Below, piece by piece: positions 24,397 through 37,421 of a stretch of 64,000 bases of DNA. This DNA is from Atractiella rhizophila. Its lineage: Eukaryota. Numbering within the stretch: position 1 is the first letter of the stretch; every line of letters begins with the position of its first letter. The stretch covers positions 62,001 through 126,000 of the forward strand of contig MU271238.1 of NCBI GenBank assembly GCA_021432655.1, in the 5' to 3' direction. A program made the position numbers and the translations under genes. Below the pieces are notes generated by a model. It saw nothing but the letters and a program-made list of their open reading frames with translations, was not told the DNA's origin and ran no database searches.

Positions 24397-25785
24397 GAAG
24401 AAAAATTCAATATCCAAGGAGTTGGTGATGCGTCGTTAACGTGTTGCTGGCGGCTTCGATTGTCGCAGACAGAGGTTTTAAAGGTTTCTGTGATTCCACG
24501 AACAGAAAGACGATTATGCCAAGTTAAATATTGGATTGCATGGTCCCTGTAAGTTGAAATGAATGTGAAGTAGATGGGGGTATGGATGTTTTCCTCTACC
24601 CACACATAACCCAAGCTCCCGTCCTCCAAGAGAAGCCATCTAGGCCTTTAATCGTGAAAACAACAAAACTCATCTCGAAGATGGATGGTATTGATCTGGG
24701 TGCTCTGCAATCATTTCACCCTGCCATTCAAATTAACATTCATCCCGTCAGCGAAGGCGGGGATCCTGCATAAACGCGGCCGATGGGTTTTGAAGGTTGC
24801 TTGAACCTCGAACGCTGAACATCCACAGTTCGAATCAAGATCACATTCCGATTCCTTGAATTCACTGTTTCCCGCAGAGAGAAAGAAAGGACAAGGCTAA
24901 AGTCGAACTTGAAATCGACGCTGGGCGGCAAGGGATGCTGACGGCGATACTTTGAACGCTTTGAGCATGAGAAGGGAATATCGTAACGTTGTGCCTTTAA
25001 ATTAACATCGATGCATGTTCCGAAGAATCGTTTGACATGCAGTTGTCTCGGAGTCTCTGGCTTGGCATCACTCCAATTCCAGGTTTTTAGAGAATTATGC
25101 ACATAGATCATTATGAGGCTCGTACGTCTACGTGCGGAGAAGGCTTCGACAAACCGTGGCGATTTCAAGCAGGGGTAGCGGGAATTTCCTATTTTGGAAA
25201 TTTGGGTGTTGAAACTAATTTGAACATTGCAAGCTAACAAACTGCAGTTTTCTACACCAACTAAAGCCGCAAGCTGTTGCCCTTTGCCTCTCCCTTGCAT
25301 ACGGCGCATACGTTAAAGGTGCAAGGTAGGTTATTGGCCTAACGGGAGGTTAAGTCGTTCAATGACGACCCATTCGAGATTGCGATAATGACAGTACGGC
25401 GACGCATCGAGGTCATGACCTGTGTTTAGCTCCTGGTTTTTTTTGAGCCTAAAGATAAAACAAGCACATCTGCTCAACTAGCCCGTGTGCTATCCAAAAC
25501 GTGCTTGCTCCTGATGCACCATATCTTTCGATGTGTTCTCACAGTATTCTGTTGCAGAAGAGACAAATAACATACCTAAATTCTCAAATCCATTTTGACA
25601 ATTCTTCCCCCGATCTCTTGCAGGGAATTTTCCAGCGCTCAAGCCCGGACGACGTCCAACGCTTTTCGCGTATGCGACTCAGTTCTCTAAAAAGCGGGCG
25701 ATAATGCGATCAGAATTTCTCTGGTAGACTTGATATCTGTCCGAGGGGTATTGCTATGGTGGTGCATAGGTCTATACAATTTATC

Positions 25786-26804
25786 TTAATTTGCAGCTGG
25801 TTTCCTTCCAGTACAAATGACAGCGACAAAGTCGAGCTCGAATGGCGAGTCACTCCCGTGCCACTCGACTAGCACTTGCTCAAGGGTTTCCTTCAGCTTT
25901 TCTTTCAATTCTTTCTTCTGTTCTTCAGACCAAGCCATGGTCATCAAGTTGATGAGCATCGGTTGCTCATACGCAAATGTGTGAGCGCTATCCACCTTGA
26001 CCTTGCACGGGTAGAGCTCGACTTGGACGTCTTCAAGAGATAGAGGCGGCGACTGTACAAGTTGGGATATGTATTCAGGTGAATACCAGTCCCCAGTCCT
26101 GACCGAAGGCCTGGTGGGGTCTTGAATTGCTGGTGGCCCAGGGAGACGAGATATTGCTTCGTTCGCCGGTGGAAACCTGTCAAGCCGTCCATAATCCAGA
26201 TCGGTTTAATTGAAAAGTAACGAGAACGGACCACCCAAGGCTATTCCACGTTGTGAATCCAATGACTCCTCCTGGCTTTGTCACTCGTATTGCCTCTACA
26301 ACTCAAGTGAGGTCAATCAAGTAGACATTGATTTGAGGTTGCAAACCCTGTATAGCTTTCAAAGGTTCCGGAACCATCATGAAGCAGAAGTTGGTTAATG
26401 TGTGAGAAAAGGTGTTGGAAGGAAGTTTGAGATCCTGCCAGATTGTTAGAGAGGAAGAATTAGAAGTACTGGTAATAGCGCACCATTGCGTTAGCAATCT
26501 TCGTCGATACATTGTTCCAGCCCTCCTCTTTGATTCTCCCCTCAAGGATGTAAAGCATTGCCTCGCTGATGTCGGTTGCAGTGATTTCGACATTTTCGAA
26601 GGGCTTTTCATTCTTGATCAGCGCGGTGATGACTCCAGTCCCACATCCATTGTCCAAAATGTTGAGCCCTTCGGAAGGCAGGGACTGGGAGAAAACGCCG
26701 CTTTTCTCCAGAAGGCGCCTTCCGGGAATGGATGTGCCTCGCTCGAACTCGCGATATTGCTGGGCAACTTCAGAATTATGAAACTGGTCTGAAAGCTTTT
26801 GCAT
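25786..26804 (-). CDS. Class I SAM-dependent methyltransferase, paralogue 2; 4 exons
   Basis: ILDNGCGTG, ITATDISEAML, DLKLPSNTFSHTLTNFCF, RVTKPGGVIG. The segment MAWSEEQKKEL..LKETLEQVL is shared with 10366..11384. Confidence 0.9.
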
Positions 26805-27914
26805 GATGGTACGCTTTTTCAACTGGAGTGGCTGAAATCTCACGTCGTGTCGTGGGAAGGACTACGGTTCTCTCCATCCTTTTATTGGAACTGTCATACA
26901 CAGGCCGCATAACTCGGCTAGGACCAACACCAGATAGAATGTTCTTTTCTGTTGTACAGTGTCACCATTGAAATATTGAACATTACCTTCTATCCTGAAG
27001 CTATTGTCGACGAGCTGACTTGAACGTCCAGGCATATCTAGAAGTCTATCCGTGCAAAATTAAGTGTATCCGTCAGGAAAGGCTCTGTCAATAAAGGTCT
27101 GGGATCGGTAGAAACGCAGCAATTGACAGCGAAACTGCAGTGCTCGCATCAACAAAATCTCGTCTGATGGCAGTCTGTTAAATTTCAACCTATTATCCTG
27201 AATGAAGTCCTCATTGCAAGCTCAGATGATCGAACACAGCATAGAAGGCATATGCAGAAGCCACGGCAGATGCTGACAAAGGTGTGAGTTGATTGGATTC
27301 TATCCATCCAACTGAGACATCGCAACTGATAAATGGAGATCCACTGAATTTCTAACAGCTTGCTCCTCGAATCTCAGTGCGCTTCTTCAGGAGAGGTTTG
27401 TTGGATGTTGACCATACGACGAAGGTACTCGTGGGGGGTTGGGGGGAAACGAATTTAGAGTCAGATATTTTTCCTAGAAGAATGATATAATGCGTTGCTC
27501 GAACCCCCAATATTGTGAGTGACTATGGTGATGGGAAACTGGTCTGACAGCTGCTGGATACTTTCCAAAGAGAGCCGCTAACTTGGCTCAAACAGACCAG
27601 CTAAGGAATTGCACTTTTCAGGTTTGTTGCCACCATCTTTTGTAACTTACAAGCTGAATATGAACGTAGGGCATGTTGAGGGTCTAGATATGACCACTCC
27701 GGATGAGCCCTAGTCTGGCTGCGACTCAGTATTTAATCCTTGTACTTTGAAGCTTCTACAAGCAGTGACTAAGAAACCTCTCTGTAAGAGTCAGAGGATG
27801 AGTGTACCGTTGATCCATGCCAGCCAGTTTTGACAATGGCGTGTTCGGGTACTAATCCGTTTCGTGCCTGTGTTGCTGGAAGAATGAATGCAGCATTCAT
27901 TGAAGCATCAGATG

Positions 27915-29601
27915 TTAGATGTTACGTGCTTCCTCAATTATCACTCCAAGGAGGGTGTGGTCTATGTTCACTGGCTGATCCGCAAAAGACTTCCAAACTT
28001 CGGTGTTTTTTACCTTCGACTTTGACGAAGGCAACACATCAACTTGTGGGCAGGCGAGAAACGGTCGGCGTACCCAATTTGTTGTTAAGTACTTCGCTAC
28101 TTCGCGATACACATCCGGATACGTCTTTGAAAACTTGGAGTTTAGTTCATAGACGGCACTGTAATTGCCAAGCTCGGTTTTGATCCTTTCCAGTGCTTCT
28201 GACTTTAGTTTCTCCAGACGATAACCTGCTCATTCGTACACCACGTCAAAGGTCAATCTCATACGATGCGAAGGAGGATCTACGGTCAGCAAGTTTGTAA
28301 ATGGATTTCGGTGAAGCGACATCCGTCTTTTCCAGTCGATAGACCCAAGGAGCGTCCGAACCGTCCCCTCCGTGCGGAGGGTGGAGTCGCTCCGCCTTCA
28401 AATTTGAGGAGAGAGGGCCAAAATGAATTGTTCCCGAAAGTATATAACGCAGCATGGCTTTATACGTGGTATACGAAGCACCTCGCACGTTTACGACCGA
28501 GACTGGGCGTTCCGTCTGGCGTGGTTTCTCCGTAAATAGGTTAGCCATCAAGAAGCCGTCAGTGCTGCTTGAGAGTACTTACATAAAGCTTTCTGTATAG
28601 TCGGTCTCGCTCCTCATCCGAATCTGTCTCTTCCGAATCTGCATCTTCGGAAGGCTTCGTTTCCATATCCTTTATAGCGGATTTCGCTTCAGGTCCAGCA
28701 TCCGTGATCACCTTTGAAGTTGAAGACTCCGCCATATCTGATTCAAACACTAGGTGCCCGTGATAAGTTGCTCAAACACAAGCCAAATTTGAACTCACTT
28801 TCTTCAAAATAATCACAGAAGTGACTTAAAATCTTCTTCTGAGAATAAATCTCCAACACCGTTTCATTCTCTTTTGCAGGAAAGCGAAATACGACGTCTG
28901 CGAAGTCGGCATCATCAAACGAAAGCATCAACCCCTTCACATGGGCAGATAGTTCGACATGCTGAGGGCTTGAAGTTGCCGGTCTCGTGTCATGGGTAAC
29001 ATGGATTTCCAGAATAAGCAGATCCTGGTGTTTGAATTAGATCCTAAAGTTGTAATATTGAGGTTGCCACATACACTGTTTGCAGTATCTTCGTGATCGA
29101 ACCATGTACGATCTGGCACAGTCTCTTTTCCCCATGAAAGGCATCCGGGTCTGAAATTTTGGTCCATTGAGTAAGTGTCCCAAGTTTCAGCCTTAGTGCT
29201 CGTGTGTACCTAGACATGAAGTTACTATTTGATGCTCCGTGGGCACGAAGGGAGATTGCCTTGATACTGAAGGTTGCATTTTTTGGAAGTCCTGTCTTTG
29301 CACTGTTCAAATAGACCTCGACAGCTCCATTCTTCTTGATCTGAAAGTCGACCTGTAGGTGAGGAATCAAAGGGGGATTCCGGTCAAAATGACTTCACCA
29401 CATACTTTCCATTGGCCATTACCAAACCAAGGTGAGGCTGTCTCCGTTGGACGATCTTTGAAGAGCTGTTTCACTCCAGTGAGCGTCCAGGTGAAGTCGA
29501 ACTGAATCACCATTATTCAACAGCACCTGAAAGAGAGCAGCGGCGATAGTGCGCACCGTCTGAGTCTCCTTATTCTCGCCGGTACTCACATCCGATGACA
29601 T
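27915..29601 (-). CDS. MATH-like plus BTB/POZ domain protein; multi-exon; 3' end approximate
   Basis: N-terminal FDFTWTLTGVKQLF...SPWFGNGQWK (MATH-like); FADVVFRF...EIYSQKKILSHFCDYFE; SYTTYKAMLRYILSGTIHFGPLSS; SPKSIYKLAD. Confidence 0.82.
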
Positions 29602-30437
29602 TCTTGACAATCTTTCGATTGACAGTCCAGCGCTTTGCAACTGGCAACTGTGGGACTAATTGCTTCTGGTGGCGTTGGGATGGTAGATTAAACCTGAAGC
29701 TCCAGCGGAGGCCGGAGATGATTAAATGACAGGATTTGGTGCAAGTCATAGAGCTTAAAACCTTGTAGTGAGCAACAGACATGTGTGATAGGTGTCAGAA
29801 CGTGGAAGAAAGTCCGCCATCAGGCAAGTCACAGCGCCGACAACACGACAACATTAAGACCGTCACCGTGACTGCCCCCACCCTCCGAAAGCTGGTGAAG
29901 AGGGGTTACCCAGGTGGAAAGTTAGGGTTATGGAGCACAAGGTCCTTCATTATGAGTGATAAAATATTAAACACAAACTGGAAAGACAACACTGGAATAT
30001 CTTCAGGACTCTCAAATCTATTTTTTCTTCGGTGCTTCCTCCTCATAAGGAGTCTCATCCCACCTGCAAATGCGTGTGGAGTGTCGAGGATAGAAGTGAG
30101 GAGTGAAGGCTCTTCTACCTGGCTGTGGGCTACCTCCTGAGTCTCTCTCGCCCCTTCCTGCACAATGACAATCACCCTCGTCGTTCGCCTTCTCCCTCTT
30201 TCTCGCATACCTGGGACAGTTCAGGTCCTCCGGTCTTGGTGGACAACAACCCGGTCCTTTCCCACCTTCCCACCCTCGCTCACGCTGGGTTGTATAACAC
30301 GCACCAAACCACTCCCTAAGCTACGCACTACTTCTGGGCTCCCTCCGTGAGGAGTTCATGCGTGCCTTCCTTCCACTATTTCTTCTGCTACGTTCGTTAA
30401 CCTGCTTTCGTACCCTCTTCTGCGTCGGTTTCGGTCA

Positions 30438-30441
30438 NNNN
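30438..30441. other. Assembly gap (NNNN) truncating the WDR70 3' end
   Basis: Four N bases; the WDR70-like reading stops at the gap. Confidence 0.95.
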
Positions 30442-32513
30442 GTGAAGATAGGAGCTGTGAGGTGTGCGTAAACGTCCTCGACTGCCTTTTGACGTGGCAG
30501 GGCGGGAGAGGGAGAGTGTGGCGCCACGGAGGGAGATGGACGGAGAATAGAGGACGTGAATTGGGGGGTGGAGGAGAGGGAGACGAGGAGCTGGTTGATG
30601 CGCGGATGCCAGATAGTACGGATCGCAGAGCCTTTACCAACCGCTGTTCACAGAAGCCCAAGTTAGATGTACGGTAAAAGTAGGATAGACTTGAAAGAGA
30701 ATGGCCTACCAATACTGCGTTCATGCTCGAGTGAGCTTTTATTGAAGATCTCCACGCTCGCGCTCCCATCTTGACCTTCATCTCCGCCCCCAGTGCCAGT
30801 TCCAGTCAACAACCACTTCTCATCCGGCGAGAAGCAGAGGTTCGTTTCCTGATGCTCGTTCTTGATACCCTCCTTCACAACCACAGGTTTCTTGAACGAA
30901 CGAGTATCCCAATCTGATCCAACGCCAGCTAGTTAGTGCTTGAACAAAGGTGCAGAGGAAACACACGTTTAATTGTATTATCTCCTCCACGTGTAAAGAG
31001 AGAACGTCCATCAACCGAAAACAGGATGGAAGAGGTGTGAGTATTCTTCTCATGCGCTTTCTCGATCGTCTAGAATACCTCGTAATTAGAAAAGGGTTCC
31101 GTTTTGTCAGGGTCAAACGTACGTGATTTGGCCGTGCGAAGTTCGAACTGGCATTCCAAAGATGTAGGGTCCCATCCAATCCTGCAGCAGCGATAATCTT
31201 CCCATCAGAGGACCACGACGATCGCGTAATTCGGGTACGTGTGCCTCTTTCTTTCGACTTGACGACAATAACCTGTTTTGATTTTCGCTTTGACTCGATA
31301 TCCCATATTCTAGCCACACAACGAATCAGCAACCTGAGTTGTATCACAAATCTAGAGACGCACCGAACAGTCGAATCCTCGCTCGAGCTCATAAACCACG
31401 CTGTATCAATAGGATGCCATTGTATTCCGGTGACAGAAGCAACATGTCCACTATCACCAGCTATCCTCAATAAAGCACAATGCAAGCAAGGAAGGAAAGG
31501 TGAAAACAACTTACCTCGTATTGCGTAAATCACGGAGGTACATATCCCCTTTCAAATATTCCGCAACCTCGTCGCCATCTCGATTGAAGAGTTTGGGACA
31601 CCAGGTGCCGGAGCACGCGAGGAAGTGAGAGCCTGTGCTGTTCCATGAGACGTCGTGGATCTGCAGAATTGCGTAAGTACTTGTCCACAGGCAGAGTGTC
31701 TAATATAGATGGGCGAGACGGGATACATTGTACCATGCGAAACTGATAAGTAGCATCGCTATTGAACTGAAGCCAAGAACCGCAATTCGAGGTTTGATAT
31801 TTCAGGACAATGACTTCCAGGCAGCAGGAATTGCCCAGGACGTCATGATTGCTCCAGCGACGCATAACTGACGACCACATAACAGATGTTGGCCTTATTC
31901 CGTGTGAGCAGAATGAGACTTATGAACTCCCTCTCATGGCTCGGGTGGCAGAGTTCTCTTCATGTCATCCACATATCGTCTGGCTCCACTTTTCACCTAA
32001 CGAACCTACTTTAGAAAGACTTACGAAGTAGTTCCCAAACCCTTCCCAACTCCTGAACGGCCTGAAACTCCCGGAATCCATCCCTCCAAAATCCCACAAC
32101 TTCAGCTCATAGTCATATCCTCCACTCACAATCCTTGCGCCGGAAGGGTCGATGGAAAGGGCGGAGACGGGCTTGGAGTGGTCCTTGAGGACTACTTCAT
32201 GAGAAATCGGAAAGACTTCTCCCTCTTCTTCTTCCTCGGGTTCGTCATCGAGAGGGACTGGTTCCCGTGGGTCCTGTAGGTCGTCCTCCTGGACAGAAGG
32301 TGGCAGAGGAGGCCCTATGTCCCCTTCATCTTCCTCTGTCGCTTGAGGAGGAGCAGGTGCAGGTTTCGGAGGCGACTTGGATGGTTTGGCTGGCTGAGGT
32401 TGAGCGCGTTTGGTTGACGCAAGCTTCTCCTTTGCGCTTTTCTGGATGGAGTGCTGCACTGCTTGAGAGGTCGTGCCAAAGCCAGTTGGCAGCCCAAAGG
32501 ACGAGAGATCCAT
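30442..32513 (-). CDS. WDR70: WD40-repeat protein WDR70/Gad1 orthologue, 3'-truncated at the gap
   Basis: MDLSSFGLPTGFG; FPISHEVVLKDHSKPVSALSIDPSGARIVSGGYDYELKLWDFGGMD; KGDMYLRDLRNT; GHVASVT; KQVIVVKSKERGTRT; ETNLCFSPDEK. Confidence 0.88.
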
Positions 32514-33633
32514 TTTGAACTCGATTGTCGTTTGCCACAATATAGCCGGAACCGACGGGCGGAAACCAATTTCAACTGCAATGTTCATATGTTGGGGGAT
32601 CAAGGAGGCATTGCACAGTTGCACATCTGGATGGTTGAGGAGGGAAGGGCAGAATTGTAAAAGGTATCCGCGGTGAGAAGTCAGAATTTGCGATTACCAG
32701 TATCATAATATCACAATGAAGATGTTTTCTTAGTTTTCTCAGTTTTCTTTATTACCCTTGTAATATTTGTGCAGAGCTTATCACCCATTTGATGGAGACT
32801 TTCGATAATTATGAAAAGGTGATGATTAAACGTAAAGTATGCACTCATGCCCGTTGTTCATTCTTCGGTTGTGTTGTGACTCTTCGGCTCAAGGAGTAGT
32901 AGTGGTAGTACAGCTGCCAAATTCAATGAGTTAGCTGGGAGTGACTGATCTTGTATTATATATTATACGGACAAATTTTCCTGCATAATACGCAAAAACT
33001 TCAGAGGAAATGTCACATGACCATCAGTTACGTTATTCGCTATTCTTCGGAGGAGTTTCGCGAGTGTTTATGCGCAAGATGCCTGTAGGTTAATTGAGGT
33101 AAAATAAATCCACTGACGCTATCCTTACAAAGAATCATTACCGTCTGCTTGCTTTTCGACTTTCTGCGGCAGTCAAACTTGAAGTCTAAAGGCTTGAGAT
33201 ATATAGGTTGTCATCATGATTTGATCAATAAAGACTTTTTGCCAGGACAGGGAGGAAGGGTTCGTTATTTCTCTAAGTGGAATATTTGCCTTGGATTTGC
33301 CTACGTCCAGGTGTTGACGTCGTTGCTGTACACTCCGCCAAAGGAACAAAGGCGGTGACTGTCCACTTTCAAGATTTTCTTCGACAGACGGATCAACTCT
33401 AAGCTTCAAGCCTTATCTTGTTCATTTTACCATCTTGGTGAGAGTGATAACAAAGTCACGTCAAATGCCTTCTTTTTCCTCTAGACTGATGGTAGCATCC
33501 GATGCTCGGCAACGCATTTACTTGACGCCAAGAAATTGTTGGCGTCATAGGGTTAGGGCAGTTCTGAGATATAAGGGGTCGCCAAGTCCTCTTTTCCTTC
33601 CCACTTTGCGACTCTCGCTACATCTCAACGTAA

Positions 33634-35800
33634 ATGAACAAAGGTACCCTCCCTCCTCCCTGCTGAGCTTGTTCATCTTGTGGCCACAAGGCACGAAACT
33701 GACGCCAGCCTAATTGCAGCTCCCGATATATCCAACAATGACTTGACGTCGAGGAAACACAAACAAAAGGCTCGAGTAGTGGAGCCCCCTTCCCGCGCTA
33801 ATAGCGTAGGAAGGGGCGCTCCGGATCCCCCACTGGCCGATCACGTCGCGGTTATCAAGTCTCCTGCTTTCCCAGCTGGGCAGCTGCACACGAAGCAGGT
33901 GTCGAAGGACAACTTGAGGCGGACTGGCACTGAAACCTCACTTAGGGCTAGACCTAAAAAGGAGGCTTGGCAGAAGTTCATCAGCGGGAATCAGAAATTG
34001 AAACCTGCTCCTGGATGGAAGATTAGTGCTATCAACATGTGAGCTCCTATTCTTGCGATTGTTAACGAGATATGATTGACGAGTGGTTGTCATAAAAGGG
34101 CAAAATATAGTTGGCTGAACCTCCTCCTTGTGTTTATCCCTGTATCTTGGGCATTACACTTCTCACATCAAGATGCCACTGTCGTCTTCTGCACAAGTTT
34201 CGTTGGTTCGTCTTCCCATTCAACACACTTTTCTCGCTAACATTTTGAACAAAGCAATTATACCCTTGGCTACACTACTCTCCTTCGCCACGGAGGAGAT
34301 AGCCATGAGGATGGGTCATGCCATTGGAGGTACTTTCGCTTCTCCTCCCAGTTGAGCACGTGCCTGAATGCTTTTGGCCGCAGGTCTCGTAAATGCCACG
34401 CTGGGAAATTCAGTCGAGTTCTTGGTCGCTATTCTTGCTCTCGTGAAGGGCGAATTGCGCGTCGTACAATCGGCTATGATCGGGTCCATCCTCAGCAACT
34501 CCCTCCTGGTACTGGGAATGTGTTTCTTCGCTGGCGGTATAACCATTTCCTTACGGCTGCAATTTTATGACTGAGTAAATGAGCTAGGTATCCGATTCTA
34601 TGAACAAAATTATGGCGTTCGAGTACAGCAGCTGAACATTTCTCTCCTTGGACTGAGCGTTTTTAGGTTCGTCCGAGAGTTTATTTGGCTAATTGACAAA
34701 CTGATTTGGCCCTCAGTTTCCTCCTCCCTGCAGCATTCTTAGCGCTCTCAGCTCAGGCTTGACTGGAAGTGCGGCCGAAGCGGAAGACGATTCATTGGAG
34801 CGGGATATTCTAAAAATCTCTCGAGGGACGGCTGTCATCCTGCTCTTCGTCTACGTTTCCTACCTGGTCTTCCAGTTCTGGACGCATGATTACCTCTTCA
34901 GTCCAGAAGAAACGACAGAGATTGTAAAAGAACAACCGCCTTCTGGTCCCCAACCCCCAGCTCACAATCGTGTATTCCACTTCCACACTCCTTCCGTCTC
35001 CACCGTTCGTTCCCGCTCTTCTTCTCAAGGGACCGCGCCTGAGGCGTCTGGCACCGAAGGTGATAAAGGGGAAGCTGAATCAGCGGAAGGAGATTTAGGG
35101 ACGTCTCGTGCACAGGAAAACAAGGATAAGGAAGATGGGATGGAACTGGAACGCGAGGAGGAGCATGATGCGGCCATGCTGGAAAAGCAGAAGACGGATG
35201 CGTCTGAAGAAGACGAGTGGGAACAACCGCTGTTGAGCTTCCAAAGCGCTCTCGTCCTCATCCTCATTGTGACCGTTTTGGCTGGTTTCACGGCAGAGTG
35301 GCTCGTTGATTCCATTGACGGGTTGACCGAGAGTGGAAATGTTTCGAAGGAATTTACGGCCATCATCTTGCTGCCTTTGGTTGGTAACACTGCGGAACAG
35401 TAAGTTCATTCTTATTTCCATGACGTTTGCTCATCCTCTGCTTGGATAGCTTGACTGCAGTCACGGTTTCTGTCAAAAATAAGCTCGACCTCTCACTTTC
35501 TGTTGCCATTGGCTCCAGTATTCAAATCGCCCTCCTCGTCCTACCCTTGTTGGTTGTGCTTGGATGGATTATTGGCCAACCCCTCTCGTTCCATTTCGAT
35601 GTTTACGAATCTTGCGTACTGCTCATCAGTATTCTTGTCGTGAACTTTGCCATAGCGGATGGAAGAACCAATTGGTTGGAAGGTTTGATATTGATGGTAT
35701 GTTACATACTGATTGCTTTGTCCTTCTGGTGAGCCCTCTTCTTCTAACCAAGATTATAATGCTGAGAATTGGAACTAGGTTCTATCCTTCCATCGAATAG
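33634..35800 (+). CDS. VCX1: Ca2+/H+ exchanger (CAX family), vacuolar-type; multi-exon
   Basis: [24 protein letters not shown], alpha-1 [38 protein letters not shown], acidic loop, alpha-2 [30 protein letters not shown]. Confidence 0.93.
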
Positions 35801-35975
35801 ACAGAATAGAAGTCGTTCAAAGTGATCCGATAAGAACTAGCTCAATGATAAACAGATTGATAAAAGCTTGCAATACCTATTTATTCTAAAGTACCGCATT
35901 GACTCTTGGTGGTCGTTGTCAAAAGCGTTCAACAGTTCCAATTTCCATATCAAAAACATATTAATTCGGCCTAAT

Positions 35976-37303
35976 CTATATATCTTCGTCTTTACCGTGA
36001 ACAACCCCCTGGCGATCTACATCCTTATCATCAATTACCATTGGTCTGATAGTGGATGAAGCTTCCTGCATGACTTCTGACCTCTTTAATATCACTTCCC
36101 CTTGCTAATAAAGAGATAAGCCAAACTCTTTACATATCGAAAAGAAATGCTCACTTCATCTATTCGTTTTAGGAGCTTAATGGCATCACAAATTTCTTTA
36201 TGTCGCTTCCAATCTGCCTTCTGGCACTACAGGGAGCGTTTCAAAATGGGCTAAATCTTTCAATCAGCAAACTCACAACAGGGGAACAATATCTAGTAAA
36301 TGATTCAATGAAATCAGCCAGAAAAAATCAGGACACAACGGACCTGGTCAACTTGCACCGTGAGCACGTCTTGGGTATTCCCTCTCGTTCGAGCTTACAG
36401 AAAGCACATGTGCCATTTCGCGGATACAGTTCCTTCTCCTCACCTTCTCCCCCTCCGCCCGTTCCTTCTCCCTCCTCATCGTCCTTGAGCTCTCCGATCT
36501 TGGGTGGCGGACAAATCTTCTCCCAATCTTCTAGGCCAAATCCCTCCTTTGGGCCGCCAGGTTTCCCGAGTGACTCTCGAAAGGCTTTTTGCATCGAGAA
36601 GAGGGAGTCGCGGCAGGGACCACTGATGGTGTTGCAGATTGGGTGGACTAATATTCGCGCCTTTGGTGGTTGAAGATGTGTGAATGGGAGCGTTTGTTGA
36701 ACATTTTCGCGTGCCGGTTTTACGCCTATGCAATGGATGAGCAAGCGCTAAAAAGGAAAACGATAGCGAGAGGGGTAAAATAAATCATGTTAAGTAAGAG
36801 GAGGTGCGATGGTATGAGAATTGGAGACTAGATCGGATGAAACAGTACTATTGCGGCTCCTGCTTCACTTCTGATTGCTTTTTATAGGGCCGAATGTGAA
36901 GATTGATCACAGGAGCTCTTCGGTGTGAAAGCAGACGTTGATTCACATTTCCCTAGCATTCTAGCATGATCGCTCCAATACGTAAAGTAACGCATTTATT
37001 TTCATTGGCTAGCTTCTGCCGATTAAAAAATTTTCTCGTCAACATTTGTATATCCGACATCTTCTGATGAATCTACCACATACCACAGAATTGGCATTTC
37101 GCGTCACTCGAACTCTTGAAGTCGTTCAGAAAACTCATCGTGAGTTCGATCAGCCTCCTGTCAAGGTTTGCAGTTCCTATTGAAGTGCCAGGCTGCGCCA
37201 TCGTCTCCTTTGACAGGGGGAACTCCATATTGGCCACAATTCGAGGGTATAGCTTAGGCCTTTCATGGCCGTATACCGTTACTCGCACAAGGAGTTTTGA
37301 CAT
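35976..37303 (-). CDS. MYND-type zinc finger protein; multi-exon
   Basis: Spliced C-terminal CAFC...CSRCKLTRYCSPVCQKADWKRHKEIC (MYND), plus an N-terminal CQFC...ICxxxxGPC. ATG at 37303; reconstructed stop at 35976-35978. Confidence 0.85.
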
Positions 37304-37421
37304 TGCTTGACCTTCCAAAGGTTCCTTCCCGAATTTGAATCCTTGTTGCGGCAATAGAGATTTTAAGTCATCGGCAATGCGCTGTGTTGGAAGTTGCCGA
37401 CTGATCGTGATAATTCGCAAG

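Larger units (their letters stand above)
20215..24785. repeat. Segmental duplication copy A (~4.5 kb), direct repeat of ~51147-55590
   Basis: Colinear similarity across introns, exons and intergenic DNA, e.g. tgctcatgt..ccccatggttgaca, gtgagaatactcctacttctgagac and acgcggccgatg at both loci. Ends are approximate. Confidence 0.93.

Noticed and set aside
31600..31625. Suspected extra frameshift in WDR70
   Set aside because: Re-reading gives a continuous frame (SHFLACSGTWCPKLF).
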